A stretch of DNA of 64,000 nt from Octopus vulgaris (taxonomy: Eukaryota), in NCBI GenBank assembly GCA_951406725.2, contig OX597824.1, positions 85,684,001 to 85,748,000 of the forward strand. The letters are read 5' to 3'. Shown piece by piece: positions 1 through 13,563 of this stretch. Each line of letters opens with the position of its first letter. Position 1 is the first letter of the stretch. The position numbers were made by a program, and so were the translations under genes. The notes beneath the pieces were generated by a model that saw nothing but the letters and a program-made list of their open reading frames with translations, was not told the origin of the DNA and made no database searches.

Positions 1-280
1 AACCACCAGGCCATGTGCCTCCACTGTGTGTGTGTGTGTATAGGTAAACATGCACAAATGTATGTGTTTGTGTAGTGGATATATATGTGTGTGTGTGTAG
101 TATATTTGTGCATGCATATACATAGCAGTGCATTCTGTTAGAAATAAGATCACAAAGATTTAAAGAAATTTAATAAATTCTGCCAAAGCCAGATTATGAA
201 GCTAAATGTCAGCACAACAGCTGTGTCGAGAGACAGTTGAAACATTTTTTAAAGCATAGAATGAAAAACAGATACAGTAC

Positions 281-451
281 CGATACAGAGTCCTTGATGA
301 TGACATCAGTATAGTGACCCGATGCTAAATCTGGTAGGAGTGGCTGTTTGATAGTGGAATAAATGAATTCTTGGTTATTCTTGATGACAGCTGCTAGATT
401 AGGAGTGGCTTTGTAGAAGATGGTGATGTTGTCAGCTGGGACAAGATGAGC
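281..451 (-). CDS. IARS1: IARS1 exon 28 ([40 protein letters not shown]...IIKDSVS)
   Basis: Acceptor tgcag|. Donor most likely |gtactg; an alternative in-frame GT lies 6 nt earlier. Confidence 0.88.
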
Positions 452-3400
452 CTGCAATACACAGCATATTTGGGTTAAGGCTTAGGGGTTTAAAAGATAT
501 CTAATCAGACAAATTGTGGAATATGTCCATAAATGATGGATGCCCTTCCTAAAGCCAACCACTCCAAGAGTGTAGTGGGTGCTTTTTATATGCCACCGGC
601 ACGAGGGCTAGTTAGGTGGTACTGGCAACGGCCACGCTCAAATGGTGTTTTTTACGTGTCTCCTGCACAGGAGCCAGTCCAGTGGCACTGGCAACGACCT
701 CGCTTGAATGTTTTTTCACGTGCCACCAGCACAAGTACCAGTAAGGCGACGCTGGTAACGATCACGCTCGAACGGTTTTTCTTTTACGTACCACCGGGCG
801 GAAGCCAGTTTGCTACTCTGGTAATGATTACGCTCAGATGGTGCTCTTAGTGCTCCACTAGCACGGATGCCAGGCATCGAATTTGATTTCGATTCAAATA
901 AATACACACACATGCATACACACACACACCAAGTTTTTTCTATATTTTAGAAACAATACATACACGCTATGTTTTAGCAGACAAAGAAACAATACACAAT
1001 ATTTCAGCAATACACACACATAATTACTCACCTTCTTCCTCAGTTTCTGAATACGATTAATGACTTCTCGTGCAATACCTTCTTCTACCATCGACTTGTC
1101 AGGGGTCACATCCAACATGATCAGAAGCTAAAATATTAAATAGATTTTAGTAAGACAGATGTGTGAGATCAGTGGTTCTCAACTAATTTTTGCCTATGGA
1201 CCTTTTCGATTTTTATTTTATTCTACTCCACCCCTATAGACATTCGATGTTTAAAAAAGTCCCATTATATTTTTATAATTAAATATTACTAGGAATTGTA
1301 TGAAAACATTGTTGAAATATTCTGCATATAAATTCTGTATAAATTAGTATAACCAATTTATTGCACACCAATTTTTAAGAACAAAATCTTAAGTGGAACC
1401 CCAAAGGTCAGGTAGACTCTGATTGAGAACCACTGAGTTACACAATAGTGTCTCTGATGGTAAGCACTGCTCTCTACTATACTGTATTATTTCAATTTAT
1501 TGTACTGTACTACAACCACACTATAATATACTTCTATATACTCTACTACGTGGAGGTACAATGGCCTAGTGGTTAGGGCAGCAGACTCGCAGTCGGAGGA
1601 TCGCAGTTTCGATTCCCAGACTCTTTGAAATACATGCACTACTTAACTTTTACCATCTGAGCAGATTGCAACAATGTGAAAATAAAGTGTCTCGCTCGGA
1701 CACCACCAGAAATCAAACTCGTGACCTTGCGATCATAAGCCTAACCCTAACCACCCAGCTACACATCTTCACGGTTTTCCATAAAGTAATGAGGAAAGCC
1801 AACTTACATCATTATCATAATGTGCTTCATATGATGAATCTCCCTGTGCTTTAGAGCCAACCTTGTAGGACAGCTGCAGCTCATCTTCCACTAGAACATT
1901 CCCTAATACAGTCACCTTTCCAGTGTTCTGATATTCGGCCAACTGGTTGTCACTTAACTTGCGGATGGCAGCCATCAGGTCTTTGTACTCTTTCTTGTAT
2001 TTGGTTCCCAGAATTCTGTGGTTTGGTTCGGCTGCCAGTGTCACTCCATATTTTTCCTTGTCTGTGGTGACGGTCAACTGTTTGACATTCAGTTCCTGTT
2101 GAAATAATTAAAGATGTAAAAAAAGAAAAAAAAAAGGAAAAAGAAAAAAAAGAGTTGATTCTTAAAAGGAGGAAAAAAAGACCACATTGCAAGTTTCATT
2201 ATCCAATGAGGCGTAGGAGTGGCTGTGTGGTAAGTAGCTTGCTTACCAACCACATGGTTCCGGGTTCAGTCCCACTGCGTGGCACCTTGGGCAAGTGTCT
2301 TCTACTATAACTTTGGGCCGACCAAAGCCTTGTGAATGGATTTGGTAGACGGAAACTGAAAGAAGCCCGTCATATATATGTATATATACAAATGTATGTG
2401 TGCGTATATGTTTGTGAGTCTGTGTTTATCCCCCCCAACATCACTTGACAACCGATGCTGGTGTGTTTATGTCTCCATAACTTAGCGAAGAGACCGACAG
2501 AATAAGTACTAGGCTTACAAAGAATAAGTCCTGGGGTCAATTTGTTTGACTAAAAGCGGTGCTCCGGCATGGTCACAGTCAAATGACTGAAACAAGTAAA
2601 AGAGTAATTATTAAACAGTCTATAAATGGTGGTATTAGTGACATTGATGAGACTGTTGATAGTGATGACGATGATGACAGTGGGGGAGGATTTTTCTTAC
2701 CTCTAAAATATAGCTTTCCAAGGACTTGATATCTTCTAAGGCCTCAGGGTCTTTGTGAATGGCAACGACTTCCTTAAGAGGATACTGCAAAAGAAAAGAA
2801 ATGAAAAATAAGTATCTTTAACCAATTAGTTAGATCTATCCCCTCTCATGTAGTGGATGTTCAAAAACACATTTCTCTGTTCCCTTCTCACTGCTGTACT
2901 GCGGCTTTAGAATGAAATAACTCCCTTAACTCCCTAAACAGACATTCATCACAAACCTACAGTCCCTTCTGGATGTAGTACAGAAGTACATCTAGAGAGA
3001 TGCATTTGAAATTAGCTTCTTAAATAAATAAGTAAATACTTGCATCTCCTAAACCACTTCCAGATACAGCTGCATGGAACCAGGATAAAAATCATTACAG
3101 AACTGATAATCCAAAGGCAAGGAATATGGATCTTTTCTTTTGACCAGCAGATTTTTAAAATAATTTCTTTGTAACTAAAAAATTTTAAACTTCGTATAGT
3201 GGTAGAATGTGTTTATAAAACGTCTTTTCTCTTGGCTTTCTTGAGAAAATCCTGTAGTTCTACCAGTATACGAAGTTTAAAAGTGTTTAGTTACAAAGAA
3301 ATTATTTTAAAAATCTGCCGGTCAAAGCGAAAAGATCCGAGAATATTTCATGAATTGAAATAACACAAGGATACATCTTACATGTACCAGTCTCTCTTCC

Positions 3401-6400
3401 TCTCCCCCCCCTCTCTCTCTCTCTCTCTCTCAGAGCAAGCTAGTATATTTCACAGTTTCACATGTGAAGCTCATCTATAAAGCCAAGTGTAAAATGGAAC
3501 TGATACCTTCACAGGAAGTGTTTTACGATCCCGCACCACACGGCCCAATTCAATGACACACTGCATTCGGAAGACTGCACGTTCGATATCTTTCTTAATC
3601 ATAGAGTCACTGGAAAAAAATAAACAGACTGTAATTAGAATCATTATTTTCATCCACCCTCACCAATATTTCAGTTTCCTAATTAGTAAACACTAACATG
3701 TATTTATTGATCACTTAGCAAATTCAGAATATTTAACCTCTAAGATCAAATAAGCATGTATATAAACCAAGACAGTCTCTGTAAGATCACCCAACCCTGC
3801 CAAAAATAACAGCCAAATCTCTCTCAATCTATAACCTGCCATCTTAAAACAAAGGACAAGTTATACAATTCCTGAGAAAAATACAGGATGGTCCTTGCTG
3901 GGATGTTTTTTGATCATAAGTCTGCTTGATCAGCACCAACTTGGGGTTAAACAAGGATAGCCTGGCTTGCAAAGGACACGTTTCACCCTACACAACATAC
4001 CTATACTGTCTGCTCCTCTCTACACAACCAATAAGCAGCAGGATGATAAATGAAATGACTGGTGATGATGATACTTGCTATTTATTATTGTGAATATTTT
4101 TTTTTTGATAAACTATTAGAAAAATGTCATTATCCAAAGGTGAGAGAATATTCATTGTTCTAAAAATGACATCATCATCATTTAGTGTTTGCTTTCTATG
4201 CTGGCATGGGTTAGACCAGTGTGGGCTGGCAGAAACGTTAGCACGCCGGGCAAAATGCTTAGCAGTATTTCATCTGCCGTTAAGTTTGAGTTCAAATTCC
4301 GCTGAGGTTGACTTTGCCTTTCACCCTTTCGGGGTAGAGATAAATTAAGTACCAGTTATGCACTAGGGTCGATTTAATCAACTTAATCCCTTTGTCTGTC
4401 CTTGTTTGTCTCCTCTACGTTTAGCCCCTTGTGGGCAATAAAGAAATATGGGTTAGACCAGTGGTTACTAACCTGTGGTCCACAAAGGTAGTACTGGGTC
4501 CATCAGCATGTTAAGCTGACAGACCTTTCAATATCCTGAGGTCCATGGGAAAACTCATCAAAATAAAAGGGGGTCCTTGGTAGTAAAAAAGTTGGGAACC
4601 ATTGGGTTAGACGGTTTTGACTGAAACTGGTAAGCTGAAGGGCTACACTAGGTTCCAATCTGATTTGGCATGGTTTCCACGGCTGGATGCCCTTCTTAAC
4701 GCCAACCACTCCAAGAGTGTAATGGGTGTTTTTTTTACATGCCACCAGCCCGGGTGCCAGTTATGTGACATCAGCATTAGCCGTGACTATGATTTCACTT
4801 GGCTTAACGGGTCTAAAATCAATCCTGCAATCCCTGAGCCATAGCAATCAATGGGAGAGGCGAATAAGGTTGGTGACAGGGTTAATGAATGTTGCTTGGA
4901 GGTGGGTGATGGTTGTGGTGGAGGTAAGGAAGTGTGAGGGAGAGATAAAGGGAGACGAGATGTATATTAAAACATTCAACTGTTAACTGGTTTATATTAA
5001 AAGTCAAGGAACTTTTGATTGACCCAAGGATCCAATCACAAAACACTGCCACAAAAAGTCTCGTCCAACCCATACCAACATAGAAAAGTGGATGAACAAA
5101 ATAATGAAGAAGAAAAAGAGGAGGAGGATGAAGAGGAAGAGGAGGAAGAAGAGGAAGAGGAGGAGGAAGAAGAGGAGGGGAAGCAGAAGAGGAAGTGGAA
5201 GAGGAGGAAGAAGAACAGGAAGTGGAGGGGGAAGTGGAGGAGGAGGCAGAAGAGGAAGTGGAGGGGGAAGTGGAGGAGGAGGCAGAAGAGGAAGAACAGG
5301 AAGTGGAGGAGGAGGCAGAAGAGGAAGAACAGGAAGTGGAGGAGGAGGCAGAAGAGGAAGTGGAGGAGGCAGAGGAGGAGGTGGAGGCCACTGATTCAGC
5401 CACAGGTAGGGGGTCAATGGCAAAACTGGACTAGCCAGCATTGAGTACACCACAACAATTATGCTGTTAACTATCTGCTTATAGAATGGAAAAAAGACAT
5501 CAAAGAAGATGAAGCCGGATGAGATGAATAATCATGTATACTTACTTGACAGAAGGATAAGAGAGAAAATGGATGCTTCTCATATCCTGCTTGCTTCCTT
5601 TCTTCTGAGGTAGGAACTGTCGTAGATTCTGGTACATGTGTTCTGTGAGGAAGGGAATAAATGGAGCCTGAAAGCAGACAAGACAGAAATGTAACTGCAC
5701 TGCATTGAGAGAATGTTGGCTTATTTATATTTAGGGGGAGTGCTGTTGGTAATATACCTGTAAGTGTATGTATGTGTGAAAGTTCACATAGGCGTAGGAG
5801 TGGCTGTGTGGTAAGTAGCTTGCTTATGAACCACATGGTTCCGGGTTCAGTCTCACTGCGTGGCACCTTGGGCAAGTCACTTTCAGAAGGTGTTATGCAG
5901 TGTGATTGAACCCAAAACCACATGGTGGCAAAGCAAGCTTCTTAACCACAGAGCCATGCTTATGTCTATACAAATTCCATTTTACTCTCATCCCTTACAA
6001 AATATTTAAGGAAAGGAAACAAGTCTTTTTAATAATAAAAATAACCCCATGTTAAAGTAACACTTCTAATATTTCTAGCAAGTCACTACAACATTAAATA
6101 ACTGGAAGGTTCCAATGAAATTCTTTTAAAATTTAAATTAATGAGAATTAAGCTTAGACATTGGGGAGCCTTTTGGAAGGTGGAGAACGTTATAAGAAGT
6201 CCCAAGGCTTCTATGAAAATCAAAAAGATCTTCAATGAGTACATTCTGCCAGTGCTGATTTATGGTAGAGAAACATGGGATCTCAACATTACAATCATGA
6301 ATGCCATGGTTGTAGCCCAACAAAAAATTAAACAAATCATGCTTGGCTTCACTGTGGGACAAGAAAACCAACACTTGGATCCAATAATAGCACAGAAGAG

Positions 6401-8408
6401 TCAATGAGATCCATAAGGACCATATCACACATCACACAAATGAAGGACAACAGATGGACAACCAGGGTGACAGAATGGACATCAAGACAATGGACATGAT
6501 CAAGAGGCCGACCAAAGACAAGATGGCGAGATGGTCTCACCTGCTACCTGGGGGTCTATATGGCCACGACTGGCCAGAGACAGACACTGGTGGAAGGAGT
6601 CCAGGAAGGGGTTCCTCCTTCAGGAGTGATGAAGCCCTGGATGATGGATTATAAAAATTCAAAACAAAGATAGCTATATAAGTTGACAGAATTAGATGTG
6701 TTCTGGTTGTACTTCAATTCTATGTTGTTGAATTGAAATGTCTTATGTAAGTTACACATTTTTACCTTAATTGTACCCTGATATAAGATACTGATTTTGC
6801 CCCAGTGTTAACCATAGAAAAAGATGGGGTTTTTTTTTTTCATTACATCAGTTACTTTCTCCAGTTATAAATATCATACTCTTTACTCTTTTACTTGTTT
6901 CAGTCATTTGACTGCAGCCATGCTGGAGCACCGCCTTTAATCGAGCAACTCGACCCCGGGACTTATTCTTTTGTAAGCCCAGTACTTATTCTATCGGTCT
7001 CTTTTGCCGAACCGCTAAGTAACGGGGACATAAACACACCAGCATCGGTTGTCAAGCAATGCTAGGGGGACAAACACAGACACACATATACACATATATA
7101 TATATATACATATATACGACGGGCTTCTTTCAGTTTCCGTCTACCAAATCCACTCACAAGGCTTTGGTCGGCCCGAGGCTATAGTAGAAGACACTTGCCC
7201 AAGGTGCCATGCAGTGGAACTGAACCTGGAACCATGTGGTTGGTAAACAACCTACTTACCACACAGCCACTCCTGCGCCTATCATACAAAAGAATATTTC
7301 ACAAAATAAAAACAAATAAGTACCGTTTCCTATACTTTTACGAGACAACAAAATGTCCCTCAAATCACAGGCCTTAAAACTGTTACTTGTCCTGTCAGAA
7401 ATAGCAACCAAATCTTTCTCAAATCAAGCCTGCTATCTCAAAAAAAAAAAAAAACCCAGATAAATAAAGAAATAAAGATATATTGAATCCTATGGTCCTG
7501 AAAATCATGTACGAAAAAGAAATAATGGGATGATCTGGTTGTGGCTAAAATGCCTTTAACCCTTTCGTTACTGTATTTATTTTGAGATGTTCTGTGTCTC
7601 TTTCAATTACTTTAAATATAACATAGAATTTAGTAAAAATAACTTAGTTATCATTCAGCTAGTGTTAGGAACATAAATTGTGATTAAGGTTTGGTGGAAG
7701 ATTTTAATTCAGAACTTATGAAAACATGATATTTGTACTAGAGAGCCTGAGGCGGTTTCAGTCACTTGAGATGCTCTGTGTCTCTTTCAATTATTTTAAA
7801 TATAACAAAGAATTTAGTAAAATAACTTAGTTATCATTCAGCTAGTGTTAAGAACATAAACTGTGACTAAGGTTTGGTGGAAGATTTTAATTCAAAACAA
7901 GACATTTGTTCTCAGAGCCAGAGCCGGTTTCAGCCGGGTTGGTAACGAAAGGGTTAATTATTGGTCTGCACAATGTCGACGAATGCAACATGACCCACAG
8001 ACAGAGCTGTGTGTGTGTGTGAGAAAGAGAAAGAGAGAGATTGACTAGTAAAAGAAGATATAATAGAGGAATATCAACTTACCATTACTTTGGTCATACA
8101 GAACAGAACTCCAAACAGAGTCTCCAGAGCATACAGACAGTCTTGGGAACCAAATTCACCCTAAAATGATTAATGGAAAAACATCACTTCAGCAATAATA
8201 CAATCAATACTCGACATATTTATTTCTGCATAAGTTGTGCCCCTAAGTTAGAGTACTAAATCTTCATATAAGATTTTTGCTCTACATAGTTTTAGCTTTG
8301 CCTTGTGTATAAGTGCATGCACACACACACACATGGTGGGCGTGTTTCAGTTTCTTTCAACCAAATCCACTCATAACAATGATGTTACTTGGTGCTTATA
8401 ACAGTACA

Positions 8409-8455
<47 letters not shown>

Positions 8456-11400
8456 TACATACATATACATACACATACATACATATACATACACACACAC
8501 ACATATACATACACACACACACATATCTATATATACATACATACTGTAGCTGCTTGACACACTAGAAATAGCAGCCAAATCACTCAAATTACACCCTATC
8601 ATCTCAAAAGAAGGAAGGATGAAGTTGATAATGCAGTCCTAGTATCACTGTAGCTGCAAAAACAGAAAAAAGTGGCGTAGTTGAAGCTGGAATGCTTTTG
8701 ATCTTGGTTCCATTTGAATAAAGATGACCTGGGGCTAAACAACCACTGATTCCAATCACGGAACACCAAGGTGAACTTGGTCACTGAAAAGCAAGTATCT
8801 TAGCCAGGGACGGAGCATGGTGTCAGTGATGAGATATGAATCATTGAACAGCAAGTCACTAACCTTCAGTCTCTTCCTGTTCATACGGACATACCAGTTG
8901 GTCAGTTGGTCAACAAACTTGAGGAGCCGGGGGATGACAGTGTAGAGGTGGTAGGCTGCAAAGAAAGACAATGATTAGTAGTCAACTGAGGGGTGAGAGA
9001 TCAACACAACTATTATAAGTATTGTAAAGAAGTATTAATAAGGTAGGTAAAAGATTTCACCCTTTGTTTGACAAAGGGCACTTACTGCTCAAAACATTAG
9101 GTTCACTTTCAATTAATCAAATGTCAATGTATTACAGTTCATTATTTCAAGTAAACTAGTTTTTGATTTGTACAGATAACAGCAAAATCTTTAAATAACA
9201 GATTTGTGTTTAAGAAAAAAAAGACAGGATGGTCATAGCTGGAATGTCTTCAATCAAATGCACATATACTATGGAAGTGAAAGAAGTGGCCATGATCTTT
9301 ACTGAATCTTATTCTTTTACTGGTTTTAGTCAATGGACTGTGACCATGTTGGGGCACCACTTTGAAGAATTTAGCTGAATAATCAACCACAACTAATTTC
9401 AATTCTGGCACTTATTCTATTGTTCTCTATTTGCCAAGCTGCTAAGTGACAGGAAAGTAAATAATCCAAAGTTGGTTGTCAAGCGCTAAAATACAAACAC
9501 ACATACACAAATATACATATTTGGAATTACATTATTCAATATGTTGCTTTTTTTAAGGAGTTAGGGTGATATGGAAACATTTGGTTTCTATGTCTAGCAG
9601 TTTGAGTGAACACATTGGGGCTTGCTTTTAAAGAAAAGCAGGATTAAATAAGATAATATGAAAATTAGTTTCCCACTGGTCATAAAATAAAAATCTGGTA
9701 TGATTCTACATATATTCTGGTTAACTCCATTACCATTTCTAAAGCTAACTCACACACCTCCATATCCTTCAGAAAATATCTGATCTAATCAACTAAAGCA
9801 GGTCTCCTGGCTTGACCAAACCTATTTCATTATATACACTAAATGATCTTCTTGTAATGGAAGAAAGGATAGCTCACCGGGCAGAGGTTCCTGATGGCTT
9901 GAAAGTCATAACATGGTGGCGGAAAATAACATCACTAGGTGAGACAAGCTGACACTGAAATAGCTTCGCTGATTGACAGGTGACGGTATCGTTTAGAGAA
10001 TGCGTGGGCTGAGACTACGCGCCTTCACTGGTCAGTTAAAGTTGAGACAGTGTCACGTGACAACTTGCTGGGGCTGCCTGCTGGAGCCTAGCAGCAGGTA
10101 TTTAGAGGAAAAAAATTTGACAAGACAGTCAGTCGCCCACTGACACTCGTTGACGCTACATTGAAGAGGCCAGGGAACAGAAGAAAGAAGACATGCACCC
10201 AACACCAGAGCTGAAGACACCTCCGAAGGACGGTGGGGGGAGGGCATGTCAAAACGGTAGAGGAGTAGGGGCCGAAACCGGACGTGGTTCCTCTTGATGA
10301 CGTCTTGAGCTAACTGGATCCTATAAAGGAGCTGTTGTGATAGAAGACCACGAAACACGGTTGAAATTCCCCTTAAGGCAGCAAGCTGGCAGAACTGTTA
10401 GCATTCCAGGCAAAATTCTTAGCAGCATTTCATCCGTCTTACGTTCTGAGTTCAAATTACACTGAGGTCAACTTTTTCTTTTGTCCTGTCAGAATTGATG
10501 AAATAAGTACCAGTTGAGTACTGGGGGTCGATGTAATCAACTAGCCCCCACACCCAAAATTTCAGGCCTTGTGCCTATAATAGAAAAGATTATATACACT
10601 AAATCCAGTACCTACTAACAATATTTTCTGCTGTTTTTTTAAATTTTCAGAACCATGAGAAGAGAGAACAATATAAAAAGGAAAAACAAGAAAAACTGAA
10701 CTCACCAGCCATCTCTTCTTGGACATATTTGATGAGTGATTGTGTGAAAGACAGGATCCAACAATCCATGTAGCTGGGAGATGGCTGAATTTTTTCTTCA
10801 TCATACACAAATTTCATATTTTCATCCTTCAACAAGAAGGAAGCAACAGATACAAAAAGAACGAGTATATAGTGTTATGTGCGCATATGTAGTACATCAC
10901 AGTAAAACGTGTATGTGCAGTGGGCAGTGCGTGTCTGCATGGCCAAATAGTTAAGAAGTTTATTTCGCAATTATGAGGTTATAAGTTCAAGTCCTACAGT
11001 GCAGCTGCTTGGGTAAGTGTTTTCTACCATAACCTAAGCATTGTGGAGGAAACTGAATACAAGTGAAAAGTGTGGGAGCCCAATGAATGGACTGTATCTG
11101 TACTTCAAAAGAAGTCACACACACTTCTAGGTTGATTTTTCATGAGGATTACACCAAGAATACAAGTGTTTGTATTGGGTTGTCCGGAAAGTTCGTGCCG
11201 ATTTTTAAAGGAAAGAAAAAGGTCAATAAATACTTGCCATCAATTTTTAGTCAACCAAATATGAACCATTTTGTTGCACAATGCGTCTCCATCTTTCCTT
11301 TAACTTGAAAATACCCTTTTCCCCGAATTGAGGTGGTTTCATGGCAAAGAATTCATTAAGGTCTCTTTTTACATCATCCAAGGAATTGAAAATTTTACCA

Positions 11401-13524
11401 TTAAGACTATTCTGCAGAGACTTGAATAAGTGGAAATCCGAAGGAGCAATATCTGGTGAATATGGAGGGTGGGGTAACACATCCCAGCCGAGCTGCAGCA
11501 ATTTTTGCCTGGTTCCCAAAGCATCAAGTGCCGAAAATGAACTTTCTTATCTTTCATTTTAAAGGGTTACAGAATTAACACAGGTTATAGGAACACAAAC
11601 CTTCTTCCACGCAAAGATAGCTTAAACTGTGCTCTAAATGGAGGTGTAGTCAAATCCTATTTTATGGACTCAACCATGTTCTAAAATAAGTCGAAAGGTA
11701 AGCTACTATAAATCGGCACAAAATTTCCGGACAACCCAATAGAATATTCGCCAGCTCAGCCATTCAAGCTGCACCTGTTGCATATGAAGTGCATGGGTTG
11801 GTGGACTCCTGATCATAAGATTGTGATTTCAATTCCTGGACTGGGTGAGGTGTGTTCTTGAGCAAAACACTTCATTTCACAATGCTCCAGTTCACTCAGC
11901 TGGCAAAAATGAGTAATCCTGCAACAGATTGGCATCTTGTCCAAGAAGGAATATATACCCCAAAGAAACTGACCCTATGCTCTTTACGGAGTGATGTGGG
12001 CCAGCCTAACCCGTTTCATAACATATGCACACACAAATGCATAAACACAAACATATGCACAGCTTAGAAGAAATACTGGTCATAGTAAGATACTGGCTGA
12101 CCATGTGAGAAGGTTTGAGGAACACAAAAGCAAGGGAGGAATCAGTGACTTACCCTCTGCAACCTGTCAATGTTCATCATGAGGAAACGGTAAGCATTGT
12201 ACCATGGTAAAAAGACGTCTTTAAGAATATCACGGACACCTTCTTCTTTGAACTTGAGGTTGTCGGCCCTCACAACTGGTGAGTTGATTAAATATAATCT
12301 GAAACAGTGAAAGAGGTACATGTACAAGCGTGCGTGTGCATGTGAGAAAGAGAGATTGTCCACCACCATCATCATCATTTAACATTCATTTTCCATGCTG
12401 GCATGGGCTGGATGGTTTGACAGGAGCTGGTAAGGCCAAGAACTGCACCAGTCCCCAATTGTCTGTTTTGGCATGGTTTCTACAGCCGGATGCCCTTCCT
12501 ACTGTCAAGTACTTTACAGAGTGTACTGGGTCTTTTTTTTATGCGGCACTGTCACCAGTGCTTTTTACATGGCACCATTATCAGTAGTTTTTATGTCTAT
12601 GAAGTATATATAGTGTAAAGAGCGAGGTCGTTGCCAGTGTCACTGGACTGGCACCTGTGCCGGTGGCATGTGTAAAAGATTAGAGCAAGGTTGTTGCCAG
12701 TACCGCCTGACTGGCCCTTGTGCCAGTGGCATGTAAAAGCACCCACTAAACTCTCGGAGTGGTTGGCGTTAGGAAGGGCATCCAGCTGTAGAAACTGCCA
12801 GATCAGAATGGAGCCTGGTGCAGCTATCTGGTTCGCTAGTCCTCAGTCAAATCGTCCAACCCATGCTAGCATGGAAAGCGGATGTTAAACGATGACGATG
12901 ATAATGATGATGAACATATTTAAATGCCACTCTCTCTTTTTTATGTAAAATGATAAAGTACTCAATACACGTAACAGTGTATCTTCTCAGACAGATGAGA
13001 GATTGTAGTATTGTGATGATTTTATACATCAGTGATATCCAGTAGATGGAAAAACTGTAGACTAACCTGAGGGCATCAGCACCATATTTGTTGACAATAT
13101 CCAGAGGATCTGGATAATTCTTCTTGCGTTTACTCATCTTCTGGCCATCTCTGTAAAATAGATGCAAATCAGCCAGGTATTAAGATTGGTAAATGAAAAA
13201 ATAAAAAAACATAAATGATGTAAAGCAGTGGTTTTCAACTGAGGTCCATGTAAAATTTTTGGGAGACCCACAGGAGCAAAATAGTAAATTGGGGACCCAC
13301 AGTAGTATATTAAGGGTCCATGAAATGATTTTGCTTTAGATGTATTTATTGCAAAAAATGGCTGTGTGGTAAGTAGCTTGCTTACCAACCACATGGTTCT
13401 GGGTTCAGTCCCACTGAATGGCACCTTGGGCAAGTGTCTTGTACTATAGCCTCGGGCCGAAAAAAGCCTTGTGAGTGGATTTGGTAGACGGAAACTGAAA
13501 GAAGCCCGTTGTATATATGTATAG

Positions 13525-13563
<39 letters not shown>

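Noticed and set aside
4882-5453. Long poly-S, poly-P, poly-E and poly-G/R ORFs
   Set aside because: All frames read through one polypurine tract inside an IARS1 intron; no splice or homology support.
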